Positions 55,757-64,000 of a stretch of DNA of 64,000 nucleotides are shown one piece after another. Below the pieces are notes generated by a model. That model made no database searches. It was given only the letters and a program-made list of their open reading frames with translations, and had not been told where the DNA came from. This DNA is from an uncultured Gammaproteobacteria bacterium (GTDB lineage Bacteria; Patescibacteriota; Microgenomatia; UBA10105; UBA927): NCBI GenBank assembly GCA_964361785.1, contig CAYIBX010000003.1, positions 4,769 to 68,768 of the forward strand, read 5' to 3'. How positions within the stretch are numbered: position 1 is the first letter of the stretch; each line of letters starts with the position of its first letter. Both the position numbers and the translations under genes were made by a program.

Positions 55757-56800
55757 ATGATCGGCATCATTTCATACGGCACATATATTCCTTTGTATCG
55801 TTTAGCAGTAGCAGAGATTGCAAAAGCGTGGCACAAAGAAGCGAAAGAAATAGAACAAGCGCTTGGGGTTATAGAAAAGGCCGTGCCATCCTATGATGAA
55901 GACGCGGTGACCATTGCAACTGAAGCTGCGCTTTCAGCGTATAGGAATACTATTGTTAAGCCAGAAGACACAGATGTTTTATTAGTTGGTAGCGAAAGTC
56001 ATCCGTATGCCGTGAATCCAACGGCCACAATTGTAGGGGAATTTGTAGGGTTTAGCCATCAGTATTTAGCATCAGACATGCAATTTGCATGTAAAGCAGG
56101 AACTGCTGCTGTGCAATCGATTGCAGGCTTGGTTTCTGCAGGACATGCGCGAACTGGTCTAGCTATTGGAGCAGATACTGCACAGAGTAAACCTCACGAT
56201 GTACTTGAGTACGCTTCTGCCGCTGGTGGAGCGGCGTTCCTTATTGGTAAAGAAAATCTTGTAGTAGAGATGTTGGCGGACACATCGTTTTCATCTGACA
56301 CTCCAGATTTTTGGCGACGTGATGGCATACGTTATCCGTCGCACGCTGGGCGATTTACCGGAGAACCTGCATATTTTACGCATGTGATGGGAGCCGCAAG
56401 ACAATTATTGAATATGTCGAAATTGAACCCCAAAGATTTTAAGTATTGCGTGTTTCACATGCCAAACGGAAAATTTCCTCGGGATGTTGCCAAGCGTTTA
56501 GGATTTACCGACAGTCAACTTGTTCCCTCGCTTATTGTTGAGTCTATCGGCAACTCGTATAGCGCTACAGCACTTTTAGGATTAGCAGCGGTTTTGGATA
56601 TCGCAAAGCCAAATGAGAAGATATTTATGGTGTCGTATGGATCAGGGGCTGGAAGTGACGGATTTATTTTTCGCGCGACAAAAGCACTTCCAGCTTTGCA
56701 AAAAAAACGGCTGGTCTCACACGATCGGGTGATTGATCATATCAATCGTCGTATGCCGATTGACTATCTGACGTATTTACAAAAGACTCATAAAATATGA
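55757..56800 (+). CDS. HMG-CoA synthase, archaeal type
   Basis: GSESHPYAVNP, FACKAGT, DTPDFWRR, FHMPNGKFP, SYGSGAG. Confidence 0.92.
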   Translation: MIGIISYGTYIPLYRLAVAEIAKAWHKEAKEIEQALGVIEKAVPSYDEDAVTIATEAALSAYRNTIVKPEDTDVLLVGSESHPYAVNPTATIVGEFVGFSHQYLASDMQFACKAGTAAVQSIAGLVSAGHARTGLAIGADTAQSKPHDVLEYASAAGGAAFLIGKENLVVEMLADTSFSSDTPDFWRRDGIRYPSHAGRFTGEPAYFTHVMGAARQLLNMSKLNPKDFKYCVFHMPNGKFPRDVAKRLGFTDSQLVPSLIVESIGNSYSATALLGLAAVLDIAKPNEKIFMVSYGSGAGSDGFIFRATKALPALQKKRLVSHDRVIDHINRRMPIDYLTYLQKTHKI

Positions 56801-57945
56801 AACCAGTTATATCAGTTATTGGTGTTGCTACGACACAATTTGGAGAATTGTGGGGCGTGTCACCGCGTCGATTGGCACAAGACGCAGTTACGAGAGCGCT
56901 TCACGACGCGAATATACAACATTCTGCTGTGCAAGCGCTGTTTGTGGGAAACATGCTTTCAGGGATGCTTGGCGGTCAAGAACACTTAGGCGCTTTTTTT
57001 GCGGATGAACTTCATATGTTAGTTCCTGCGTTTAAAATTGAAGGCGCGTGTGCATCAGGGGGACTTTCAGTGCATGCAGCGGTCAACGCATTAATGTCTG
57101 GCCAGTATGAGACAGTATTAGTATTGGGAGTAGAGAAGATGACGGATCATAAACCAGAAGACGTGGCGACTGCCCTTATGGGAGCTGGATCAGACGAAGA
57201 GCGCACGGCGGGAATGACATTTCCAGGATTATATGCGTTGCTTTCGAGCATGCATATGGAAGAATACGGTACGACGTTAGAGCAGTTAGCATCTGTAGCG
57301 GTGAAAAATCATTATCACGCAACTCTCAATCCTAATGCACAGTTTCATAATACGATTACCGTCGAACAGGTGTTAAAAAGCACGTGTATAGCAGATCCGT
57401 TGCGACTTTTGGATTGTTCACCAATTTCTGATGGGGCTTCGGCTGTGATTCTTACGACAGTTCCTAATAACGCCGTTAGAATACTTGCGTCAACCGTTGG
57501 CACAGATTCATTAGGTCTTGCGCGGAGGAAGAGCCTTACCAGCTTGCAGGCGACAAAAGATGCCGCTAATCGCGCGTACACGCTTGCAAAAGTCAAACCG
57601 TCTGACGTCGATGTAGCAGAAGTGCATGATTGCTTTACGATTGCAGAAATATTAGCGATGGAAGATTTGGGATTTTTTGCCAAAGGAAAGGCGGCCGCGG
57701 CAATTGAAAGAGGAGAGACGAGACTTGGGACATCAAAACATTTAGTGGTCAATCCGTCAGGAGGGCTCAAAGGTTGTGGTCATCCGGTGGGGGCAACGGG
57801 TGTCAAACAGATTGTAGAGCTGGTTGAGCAGTTGCGCGGTGTAGCTGGCGCGCGTCAAGTGAAAAATGCAAAAATTGGATTAGCACAAAATGTAGGAGGA
57901 AGCGGTGCAACGGCTGTTGTACACATATTATGCAATCACCAGTGA
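56797..57945 (+). CDS. Acetoacetyl-CoA thiolase, archaeal type
   Basis: EGACASG, GVEKM, DCSPISDGA, EVHDCF, GHPVGATG. Confidence 0.92.
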   Translation: MKPVISVIGVATTQFGELWGVSPRRLAQDAVTRALHDANIQHSAVQALFVGNMLSGMLGGQEHLGAFFADELHMLVPAFKIEGACASGGLSVHAAVNALMSGQYETVLVLGVEKMTDHKPEDVATALMGAGSDEERTAGMTFPGLYALLSSMHMEEYGTTLEQLASVAVKNHYHATLNPNAQFHNTITVEQVLKSTCIADPLRLLDCSPISDGASAVILTTVPNNAVRILASTVGTDSLGLARRKSLTSLQATKDAANRAYTLAKVKPSDVDVAEVHDCFTIAEILAMEDLGFFAKGKAAAAIERGETRLGTSKHLVVNPSGGLKGCGHPVGATGVKQIVELVEQLRGVAGARQVKNAKIGLAQNVGGSGATAVVHILCNHQ

Positions 57946-58238
57946 AATTATGGAGAAATCAAAAGTCGACCACGAACTTGGTGGGGCTTTTGGGCACAGT
58001 GGAAACATGGACCATTGTTCGCGTACCACCTGCAGGATTTTCTGATCAAGCACCGTATGCAGTTGTTTTGGTTCGGTTAAAGTCCGGCCAATCTATAGAA
58101 GCGCAGTTGGTGGATTCGTATAAAGACGGTCAAATTGATGTGTATAAAGACATGAACGTACGAACTGTTATTCGCCGCATCACACATCCAGATAGTGATG
58201 GTGTGATATCATATGGAATTAAGGTGAAACCCATATGA
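57930..58238 (+). CDS. DUF35 OB-fold thiolase/HMGS scaffold protein (no Zn ribbon)
   Basis: GTVETWT, PYAVVLV.L, V..VIRR, GVISYG.K. Confidence 0.8.
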   Translation: MQSPVKLWRNQKSTTNLVGLLGTVETWTIVRVPPAGFSDQAPYAVVLVRLKSGQSIEAQLVDSYKDGQIDVYKDMNVRTVIRRITHPDSDGVISYGIKVKPI

Positions 58239-59194
58239 AAAAAGTTGTTGTAACAGTTCCAGGAAAAGTACACCTTATGGGAGAGCATGCGGTTGTGTAT
58301 GGTAAGCCTGCGCTTCTTGCGGCAATAAATCTTCGACTGTCGGTAACCATTGAAGAACAACTCAAAAAATCTTCAACACCAGAAAAAATAATCATTATGT
58401 CTACCGAACCCACAGAACACGCGCGCTACGCAGTAGATTTTTTACTCGATCAGTTTAAGGTGAAAGATCCTACAGCATTTAAAATCATCATTGATTCGCA
58501 GATTCCTGCTGGGTTTCATCTAGGCTCATCTGCTGCGGTAGCCGTAGGATTATCGGGCGCGATGATGTATTTTTTCAAAAAATTATGGAATCCTATACGG
58601 ATAAACGAACTCGCGTATGAAATCGAAAAAAAACAACATGGAAATCCATCAGGTGGAGATAACACAACCGTTACTGTTGGAGGATTTGTATGGTTTAGAA
58701 AAGAATTGGAATTTTTAAAAAGTATTTGGCAGCTTCCATTTAAGCCACATGAATCTCTCAATCATTTTTTTCTTATTAACACCGGTCGACCCAAAGAAAC
58801 CACAGGCGAAATGGTTGCAATGGTCAAAGAACACATACAAAAAGAACCAGAGCAAATGCAAAAATTATTGAATCTCAATGAGATTCAGGTGAAGCGTGTC
58901 ACTGTCGCACTGAAAGAAGGCAACGAGGCAGAGTTATTGGATGCGATGAAAGTTGGCGAGCGGACGCTTGAGGGGATGGGAGTGGTTAGTCAAAAAGCTA
59001 TTCCTCTCATTCGAAAAATAGAAGAAGCAGGGGGTGCAGCGAAAATTCTTGGAGGAGGGGGAAAAGAAGAAGGAGTAGGGTTTTTGCTCTGTTATCATCG
59101 CAATCCCACTCAAGTAGAGGAAATTTGTAAATCGTATGGATTTACTATACAGGAGATTGGACTCGGGGAAGAAGGAGTGAGACTAGAAAAATAG
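58235..59194 (+). CDS. Mevalonate kinase-like GHMP kinase
   Basis: PGKVHLMGEHAVVYG, P.G..LGSSAA, HGNPSGGD. Confidence 0.88.
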   Translation: MKKVVVTVPGKVHLMGEHAVVYGKPALLAAINLRLSVTIEEQLKKSSTPEKIIIMSTEPTEHARYAVDFLLDQFKVKDPTAFKIIIDSQIPAGFHLGSSAAVAVGLSGAMMYFFKKLWNPIRINELAYEIEKKQHGNPSGGDNTTVTVGGFVWFRKELEFLKSIWQLPFKPHESLNHFFLINTGRPKETTGEMVAMVKEHIQKEPEQMQKLLNLNEIQVKRVTVALKEGNEAELLDAMKVGERTLEGMGVVSQKAIPLIRKIEEAGGAAKILGGGGKEEGVGFLLCYHRNPTQVEEICKSYGFTIQEIGLGEEGVRLEK

Positions 59195-59197
59195 TTA

Positions 59198-59500
59198 TTG
59201 AAAGGAGATATACCAAATATGTCTAATATGGTAGATAGACCTACAGAAGAAGTACTTGCAGATTTGCAAAAATATGCCCAGGAGAATGAATGGTTTGCTA
59301 GTGGATTGAAGAAACATGGAAATGAATTGACCCAGGAATGGCTAACTCGTCGAGCTGAACAATACGCATTTAAGGGGCATCGCGTATTGAGAAAGCTTGT
59401 TCCGTCTGTAGCCAATCACTGGAGAACAGCGCACGAGCGGACAATTTTAAATGCACTCTGTGTTGTAACAGGCGTTTCAGACAAATCAGCAAAGTCATAA
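59198..59500 (+). CDS. Hypothetical protein
   Basis: Fills the gap between the two kinases; GGAG SD before ATG 59219. Confidence 0.5.
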   Translation: MKGDIPNMSNMVDRPTEEVLADLQKYAQENEWFASGLKKHGNELTQEWLTRRAEQYAFKGHRVLRKLVPSVANHWRTAHERTILNALCVVTGVSDKSAKS

Positions 59501-59509
59501 GTTTCCTCC

Positions 59510-60481
59510 ATGAAAAAAATAACTGTGTCTGCTCCCGGCAAGCTCATGTTGTTTGGCGAGCATGCGGTAGTCTATAACCGGTCGTGTTTGGTAACTGCTG
59601 TTGATCAGCGGATGAAGGCAACGGTAGAAATTACCGATGACAACATGTTCTGCCTTGATGCTCCGGAAGTAGACATTGCGGGATACCAAAAGCCGATGGA
59701 CTGTTTGGGAACAGGCGAGATTCCTAGTGGTGCAAAATTCGTTGAATTTGCAGTTAAAAATTTTATTGAGAAATACCCATTGACGTACGGGGTCAAGGTG
59801 ACCACAGCATCAGATTTTTCATCGCAGTTTGGATTCGGATCGTCTTCTGCTTCTACTGTTTGTGTGTTGAAGGCATTATCGGAATTATCAGGAAAAAAAT
59901 TGGATAATAAAAAACTATTTGATCTTTCGTATAAAACAGTTTTAGATATTCAAGGTAAAGGATCGGGGTTTGATGTGGCAGCAGCTATTTATGGTGGGAC
60001 TCTGTATTTTGTGACAGGCGGAAAAGTTATAGAGCCATTAACAATAAACGAAATATCCTTGGTCATTGGGTATACGGGCATAAAAGCGGATACGGTAACG
60101 ATAATGGCCTCAGTTTTTGAAAAGATGAAGGCACAACCAGAACGAGTGGAGAGAATCTATGACGCGATAGAAAAACTTACTGAAGATGCAAAGATAAAAA
60201 TGCTCGAAGGAGACTGGGAACGTGTTGGAAAGTTTATGGATTTTAATCAGGAATATTTGCGCGATCTTGGAGTAAGTAGTGAAAAGTTAGAGGCGCTTAT
60301 TGTCGCAGCCAAACAAGCGGGTGCATTGGGCGCAAAACTTTCGGGCGCTGGGGGAGGCGACTGTATGATTGCGCTTGTAACCAATGACACAAAAAAAGCT
60401 GTTGAAGATGCGATAGAAAAGGTAGGTGGGCAAGTGCTGCCTCTTTCTATTAATGCTGCTGGTGTAAGGAGTGAGGTATGA
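59510..60481 (+). CDS. Second GHMP kinase (mevalonate or phosphomevalonate kinase)
   Basis: APGKLMLFGEHAV, GFGSSSA, QGKGSGFDVAA, KLSGAGGGDC. Confidence 0.88.
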   Translation: MKKITVSAPGKLMLFGEHAVVYNRSCLVTAVDQRMKATVEITDDNMFCLDAPEVDIAGYQKPMDCLGTGEIPSGAKFVEFAVKNFIEKYPLTYGVKVTTASDFSSQFGFGSSSASTVCVLKALSELSGKKLDNKKLFDLSYKTVLDIQGKGSGFDVAAAIYGGTLYFVTGGKVIEPLTINEISLVIGYTGIKADTVTIMASVFEKMKAQPERVERIYDAIEKLTEDAKIKMLEGDWERVGKFMDFNQEYLRDLGVSSEKLEALIVAAKQAGALGAKLSGAGGGDCMIALVTNDTKKAVEDAIEKVGGQVLPLSINAAGVRSEV

Positions 60482-61422
60482 AAGCGACGGCAGTAGCACC
60501 GGCAAACATTGCATTTATCAAATACTGGGGGAAAAAGGATGCGAGCCGTCAAATTCCACGCAATTCATCTATTTCTATGAATCTGTCGGCGTGTACAACG
60601 ACAACAACTGTAGAATTCTCAAAAGATTTTTCTACAGACACGATTTCAGAAGGATTTGATGCACAACGGATTATTAAACATATTGATCGATTACGGAGTC
60701 TTGTTGGGATAAATGAACGAGTTTGTGTCGCAACATCAAATAATTTTCCAGCTTCTTCTGGGATTGCCTCATCTGCTTCAGGGTTTGCGGCTTTAACAAT
60801 TGCTGCTACTGCGGCACTTCATTTAAATCTCTCAGAGAAAGAATTATCAGCGCTAGCCCGATTAGGAAGCGGATCGGCATGCAGGAGTATTCCTGATGGA
60901 TTTGTGAAATGGGACGGAGAATTTGCACATTCGCTGTATCCAGCTGATTATTGGGATCTTTGTGATATTGTGGCAATCGTTGAGAAAGCGAAGAAAAAAG
61001 TTTCGTCATCAAAAGGCCACGAAGCAGTAGAAACGAGCCCATTTTTCAAACAACGTCTGGATGCAATACCAAAAAGAATTCACAAGATCGAGTTGGCATT
61101 TCAAAAGAAAAATTTTCAATCGTTAGGCGAGATTATAGAAGAAGATTGCTTGGATATGCATCACGTGATGCAAACACAAACGCCTCCACTTATGTATTGG
61201 AACGATGCGACGAAACGTATTATGGAAGCAGTGAGAGATTGGAGAAAAAATGGCTTGTCGGTTTATTTTACGATTGACGCCGGACCAAATGTTCATTTGA
61301 TTTGTGAAGGAAAAGATGAGGCACGCGTTATTGAATCTTTAAAAAATATCAGTGGGGTAGAAGAAATTATTCTCAATAAACCGAGTAAGGGAGCACAGAT
61401 AGTTTCTACGCACCTATTTTAG
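60478..61422 (+). CDS. mvaD: Diphosphomevalonate decarboxylase
   Basis: NIAFIKYWGK, GIASSASG, ARLGSGSACRS, DAGPNVH. Confidence 0.93.
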   Translation: MKATAVAPANIAFIKYWGKKDASRQIPRNSSISMNLSACTTTTTVEFSKDFSTDTISEGFDAQRIIKHIDRLRSLVGINERVCVATSNNFPASSGIASSASGFAALTIAATAALHLNLSEKELSALARLGSGSACRSIPDGFVKWDGEFAHSLYPADYWDLCDIVAIVEKAKKKVSSSKGHEAVETSPFFKQRLDAIPKRIHKIELAFQKKNFQSLGEIIEEDCLDMHHVMQTQTPPLMYWNDATKRIMEAVRDWRKNGLSVYFTIDAGPNVHLICEGKDEARVIESLKNISGVEEIILNKPSKGAQIVSTHLF

Positions 61423-61433
61423 ATTATATGAAT

Positions 61434-61467
61434 ATATTAGCATGCTAACATGTTAGCATGCTAATAT
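61434..61467. repeat. 34-bp perfect palindrome made of two TTAGCATGCTAA palindromes
   Basis: ATATTAGCATGCTAACA|TGTTAGCATGCTAATAT. Confidence 0.9.
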
Positions 61468-61482
61468 TCTCTATTCTTGTAT

Positions 61483-62169
61483 ATGAATACAAAAAAAATA
61501 ATACCAAAACATATAGCAATCATTATGGATGGCAACCGTCGGTGGGCAAAGGAGCGCGGCCTCCCTGTTTTGGCTGGGCACAAAAAAGTGGCTGATGATA
61601 TCCTCATTCCTCTTGTGGAACACGCAGCGGACAGGGGTATTTCCTACATGACCTTTTGGGCATTTTCTACTGAGAATTGGCAAAGAGACATAGAAGAAGT
61701 GAGTGGCATCATGGAGATATTTCGCCATGTCATAAAAAAGCGTTGGCAAAGGCTCCATGAAAAGGGTGTGCGGATAAAGGTTATTGGCGACCTCTCCAAA
61801 TTTTCTGATGATATTAGAGAGTCGATGATTGCCGTGCAAGAACAGACAAAAAATAATAAAAAAATTACTGCTATGTTTGCTCTCAATTATGGAGGACGAG
61901 ATGAGATACTTCGTGCAGTAAATAAAGCTATCAGACAAAAAAAGAAAGAAGCTGATGACTTTTCGCAGTTTTTAGATACAAAAGGAATCCCGGATCCTGA
62001 CATTATTGTCCGTACGGGCGGAGAGCAGCGGCTAAGTGGGTTTTTGCCGTGGCAAGGAGTGTATAGCGAGCTTTATTTTCCGTTGTGGTACATGCCAGAA
62101 TTTACGAGTGAGAAATTAGATGATGTGATCAAAGAGTATGCAAATAGGCAGCGACGGTTTGGAAAATAA
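61483..62169 (+). CDS. uppS: Undecaprenyl diphosphate synthase
   Basis: HIAIIMDGNRRWA, FSTENW.R, NYGGRDE, RTGGEQRLSGF, RRFG. Confidence 0.96.
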   Translation: MNTKKIIPKHIAIIMDGNRRWAKERGLPVLAGHKKVADDILIPLVEHAADRGISYMTFWAFSTENWQRDIEEVSGIMEIFRHVIKKRWQRLHEKGVRIKVIGDLSKFSDDIRESMIAVQEQTKNNKKITAMFALNYGGRDEILRAVNKAIRQKKKEADDFSQFLDTKGIPDPDIIVRTGGEQRLSGFLPWQGVYSELYFPLWYMPEFTSEKLDDVIKEYANRQRRFGK

Positions 62170-62170
62170 A

Positions 62171-62503
62171 TTAGAGAAATGATTGTTCAATAGAATTCCA
62201 ACCAAAAATTATTCCCAAAAGCTGTACCATCCAATAGGCGGCAAAAATGAGGAAAAATCCAATTAAGGCATTCATTAAACGACCCTTTCCTGCCTCAAGT
62301 TGTTTTGGGTTACCAGCGGAGGTGAGCATAGTAAATCCGGAAGAGACAATCATCAAGAGTAATCCAAATCCCGCAAACGCGAATATATACGGAATTGCTG
62401 CTTGGACTATCTGACCAATTTTAGCATCAGCAAATGCAAATCCTGCGGGTCCTTCTACGGTATAGGATCCTATGTTTACTGATTGTGCAACTACCTTTTC
62501 CAT
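62171..62503 (-). CDS. TrbC/VirB2-like pilin
   Basis: SGFTMLTSAGNPKQLEAGK..LMNALIG. Confidence 0.82.
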   Translation of the reverse strand: MEKVVAQSVNIGSYTVEGPAGFAFADAKIGQIVQAAIPYIFAFAGFGLLLMIVSSGFTMLTSAGNPKQLEAGKGRLMNALIGFFLIFAAYWMVQLLGIIFGWNSIEQSFL

Positions 62504-62508
62504 ACGCG

Positions 62509-62997
62509 TTATCCAAATTCGGGTATTCCCAGTATATCTACACCAATAATTTTTAGGATAAAAATAGAAAATATGATAAGAAGAAGGCCCGAGATGGCGC
62601 CACCCAACAATTCTTTGGCTGCGTGAAGCTTTTCAGGATTGCCAGTCGACGTCATCGTCTGAAAGCCCGAGACGAGAATAATGAGAAACGCAAGGCCTCC
62701 ACCGATACTAATGCCAAGCTTTAAAAAATTGGAGATAAAGTCGCTCGGATTGCCCCCTTTTCCAACGCACCCAAACGCTGTCCATGCGCCTCCACCGTCA
62801 AAACACGTCTTGCATAGGCTTTGATTTCCATCTTTCAGAAAGCTGCAAGCTCCTGTGCCTGTTGAGGGGATTGTACCGCTTCCTGCTTTTGCGCCTGAAA
62901 GCCCTTGGGCGTACAGAGGTCGTGTAAACGTGCCTATAAGTGGCAATATGGCCACAAAGAGGAATATAGCAAGTCCCAACGGCATAAATCGTTTCAT
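62509..62997 (-). CDS. TrbC/VirB2-like pilin with Cys-containing N-terminal extension
   Basis: WTAFGC, SGFQTMTSTGNPEKL..AKE...AISGL. Confidence 0.82.
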   Translation of the reverse strand: MKRFMPLGLAIFLFVAILPLIGTFTRPLYAQGLSGAKAGSGTIPSTGTGACSFLKDGNQSLCKTCFDGGGAWTAFGCVGKGGNPSDFISNFLKLGISIGGGLAFLIILVSGFQTMTSTGNPEKLHAAKELLGGAISGLLLIIFSIFILKIIGVDILGIPEFG

Positions 62998-63059
62998 CTT
63001 TATAAGTGTAGCAAAAAAAGTGGGTGAAAGGAAGATTTGTTTGTTACAATAGAGCTACT

Positions 63060-64000
63060 ATGGCGTCATTTTTCCGATGTGTTGTTGTTTTCGTTCTATT
63101 CGTTTGTAGCTTACTCTTTCTCCCGCAGGTGTTTGCTGAGGAGTGTGACACTTCCCGTTTGTCTTCGATGAATGAGGGTGACGTCGTTTCCATGATGCAG
63201 AAGTGTCAGTCGGCTTGGAATCAAATGGAGGCTGCCAAAAAGCCACATGTGGATGCCCTCAAAAAAATGGAAGCAGACATAAAGCTTTTCCAATTGAAAA
63301 TAAAGAGTATAGAAGCTGATGTGATAAAAAAGACTGCAGCAATCGTAGATGGTGAAAAAGAGCTTTCGGGATTTATGACGCTTGCCGTCAGGCGTATCGC
63401 CACCTTATATCGGAGGACGGTATCGTACAATCCTCTGCTACCGTTTCTTACAGGCGCCAACGTTGGGTCTGTACTTCGGGCATTTACCTATCAACACAAA
63501 GTGATCAACGAGGATAAAAAGGCTATCGCCCAAACGGCAGTTTCCATACAAGGTCTTCAGACTAAAAAGATCCAACTTGAAAGTCAAAAAACGAGCCTTG
63601 CATTTTTAAAAGAAGAAACAGATAAACGTGCGATTTCTGTTCGTAAATTGGTGGGTGATGCGGAAGCGTATCAGAGCAAATTAACCTCTGCCATTGGTGC
63701 ACTCTCAGCCAGACAACAGTCCTTTTTGGCGCAAAAACTTTCGGGTCTTAACCTTCCTACGAGTTTGGGAGCAGGACCACTTTTTTGTACAGATGATAGA
63801 AAGCTTGATCCTAGATTTAGTCCAGCTTTCGCATTTTTTACCTTTGGCATACCGCATCGTGTGGGTATGAATCAGTATGGGGCGCTGGGGCGAGCACAAA
63901 AAGGAGATTCTGCGGAACAAATTCTTTCTGCATATTTTCAAAACTTTGTGTTTCAAAATGGCAAAGAGAATGAAAACGTCGTGGTAAACGGAACGAATGA
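63060..64000 (+). CDS. Secreted coiled-coil protein with SpoIID/LytB-like motif (partial, runs off window end)
   Basis: ATG 63060, signal peptide MASFFRCVVVFVLF..., coiled coil, then FGIPHRVGMNQYGALGRA. Confidence 0.7.
   Translation, partial: MASFFRCVVVFVLFVCSLLFLPQVFAEECDTSRLSSMNEGDVVSMMQKCQSAWNQMEAAKKPHVDALKKMEADIKLFQLKIKSIEADVIKKTAAIVDGEKELSGFMTLAVRRIATLYRRTVSYNPLLPFLTGANVGSVLRAFTYQHKVINEDKKAIAQTAVSIQGLQTKKIQLESQKTSLAFLKEETDKRAISVRKLVGDAEAYQSKLTSAIGALSARQQSFLAQKLSGLNLPTSLGAGPLFCTDDRKLDPRFSPAFAFFTFGIPHRVGMNQYGALGRAQKGDSAEQILSAYFQNFVFQNGKENENVVVNGTN

Noticed and set aside
1-64000. CRISPR array, rRNA, transposase or prophage genes
   Set aside because: No spaced direct repeats, rRNA signatures, transposase or phage structural motifs recognised

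Overview
64-kb chromosomal window from a reduced-genome bacterium, most likely Patescibacteria/CPR (Microgenomates-like). This is inferred from tandem VirB2-like pilins, a PrgI/VirB4/VirD4-like cluster, a DUF4012 protein and an archaeal-type upper mevalonate pathway. TGA is used as stop (code 11). The window spans the replication origin (jag-yidC-yidD-rnpA-rpmH / murD2-murL / dnaA-oriC-dnaN). The most striking region is 208-6180 (minus strand). There a transcriptional T-box riboswitch with a very short Stem I, a UGG (Trp) specifier and a UGGU antiterminator bulge heads a gene run of two small Cys/His proteins, an archaeal-identity tRNA-Trp (G1:C72, A73), a degenerate class I aaRS-like ORF, an archaeal-type TrpRS, a CheD/YfiH-like Cys-His protein and a bacterial TrpRS fused to two YbaK-like domains and a tRNA-binding OB domain. 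Other notable items: an initiator-type tRNA-Met split by a 212-nt group I intron; a tRNA 5' fragment interrupted by two GC-rich hairpins; in-frame palindromic insertions in valS and a Xer-like gene; an epmA-GNAT-efp cluster; a RelE/YafQ-family toxin with one in-frame TGA; four TA modules; a 34-bp nested palindrome before uppS; and -10 boxes 6-9 nt upstream of many start codons. All calls come from manual reading of motifs, and no database searches were run.
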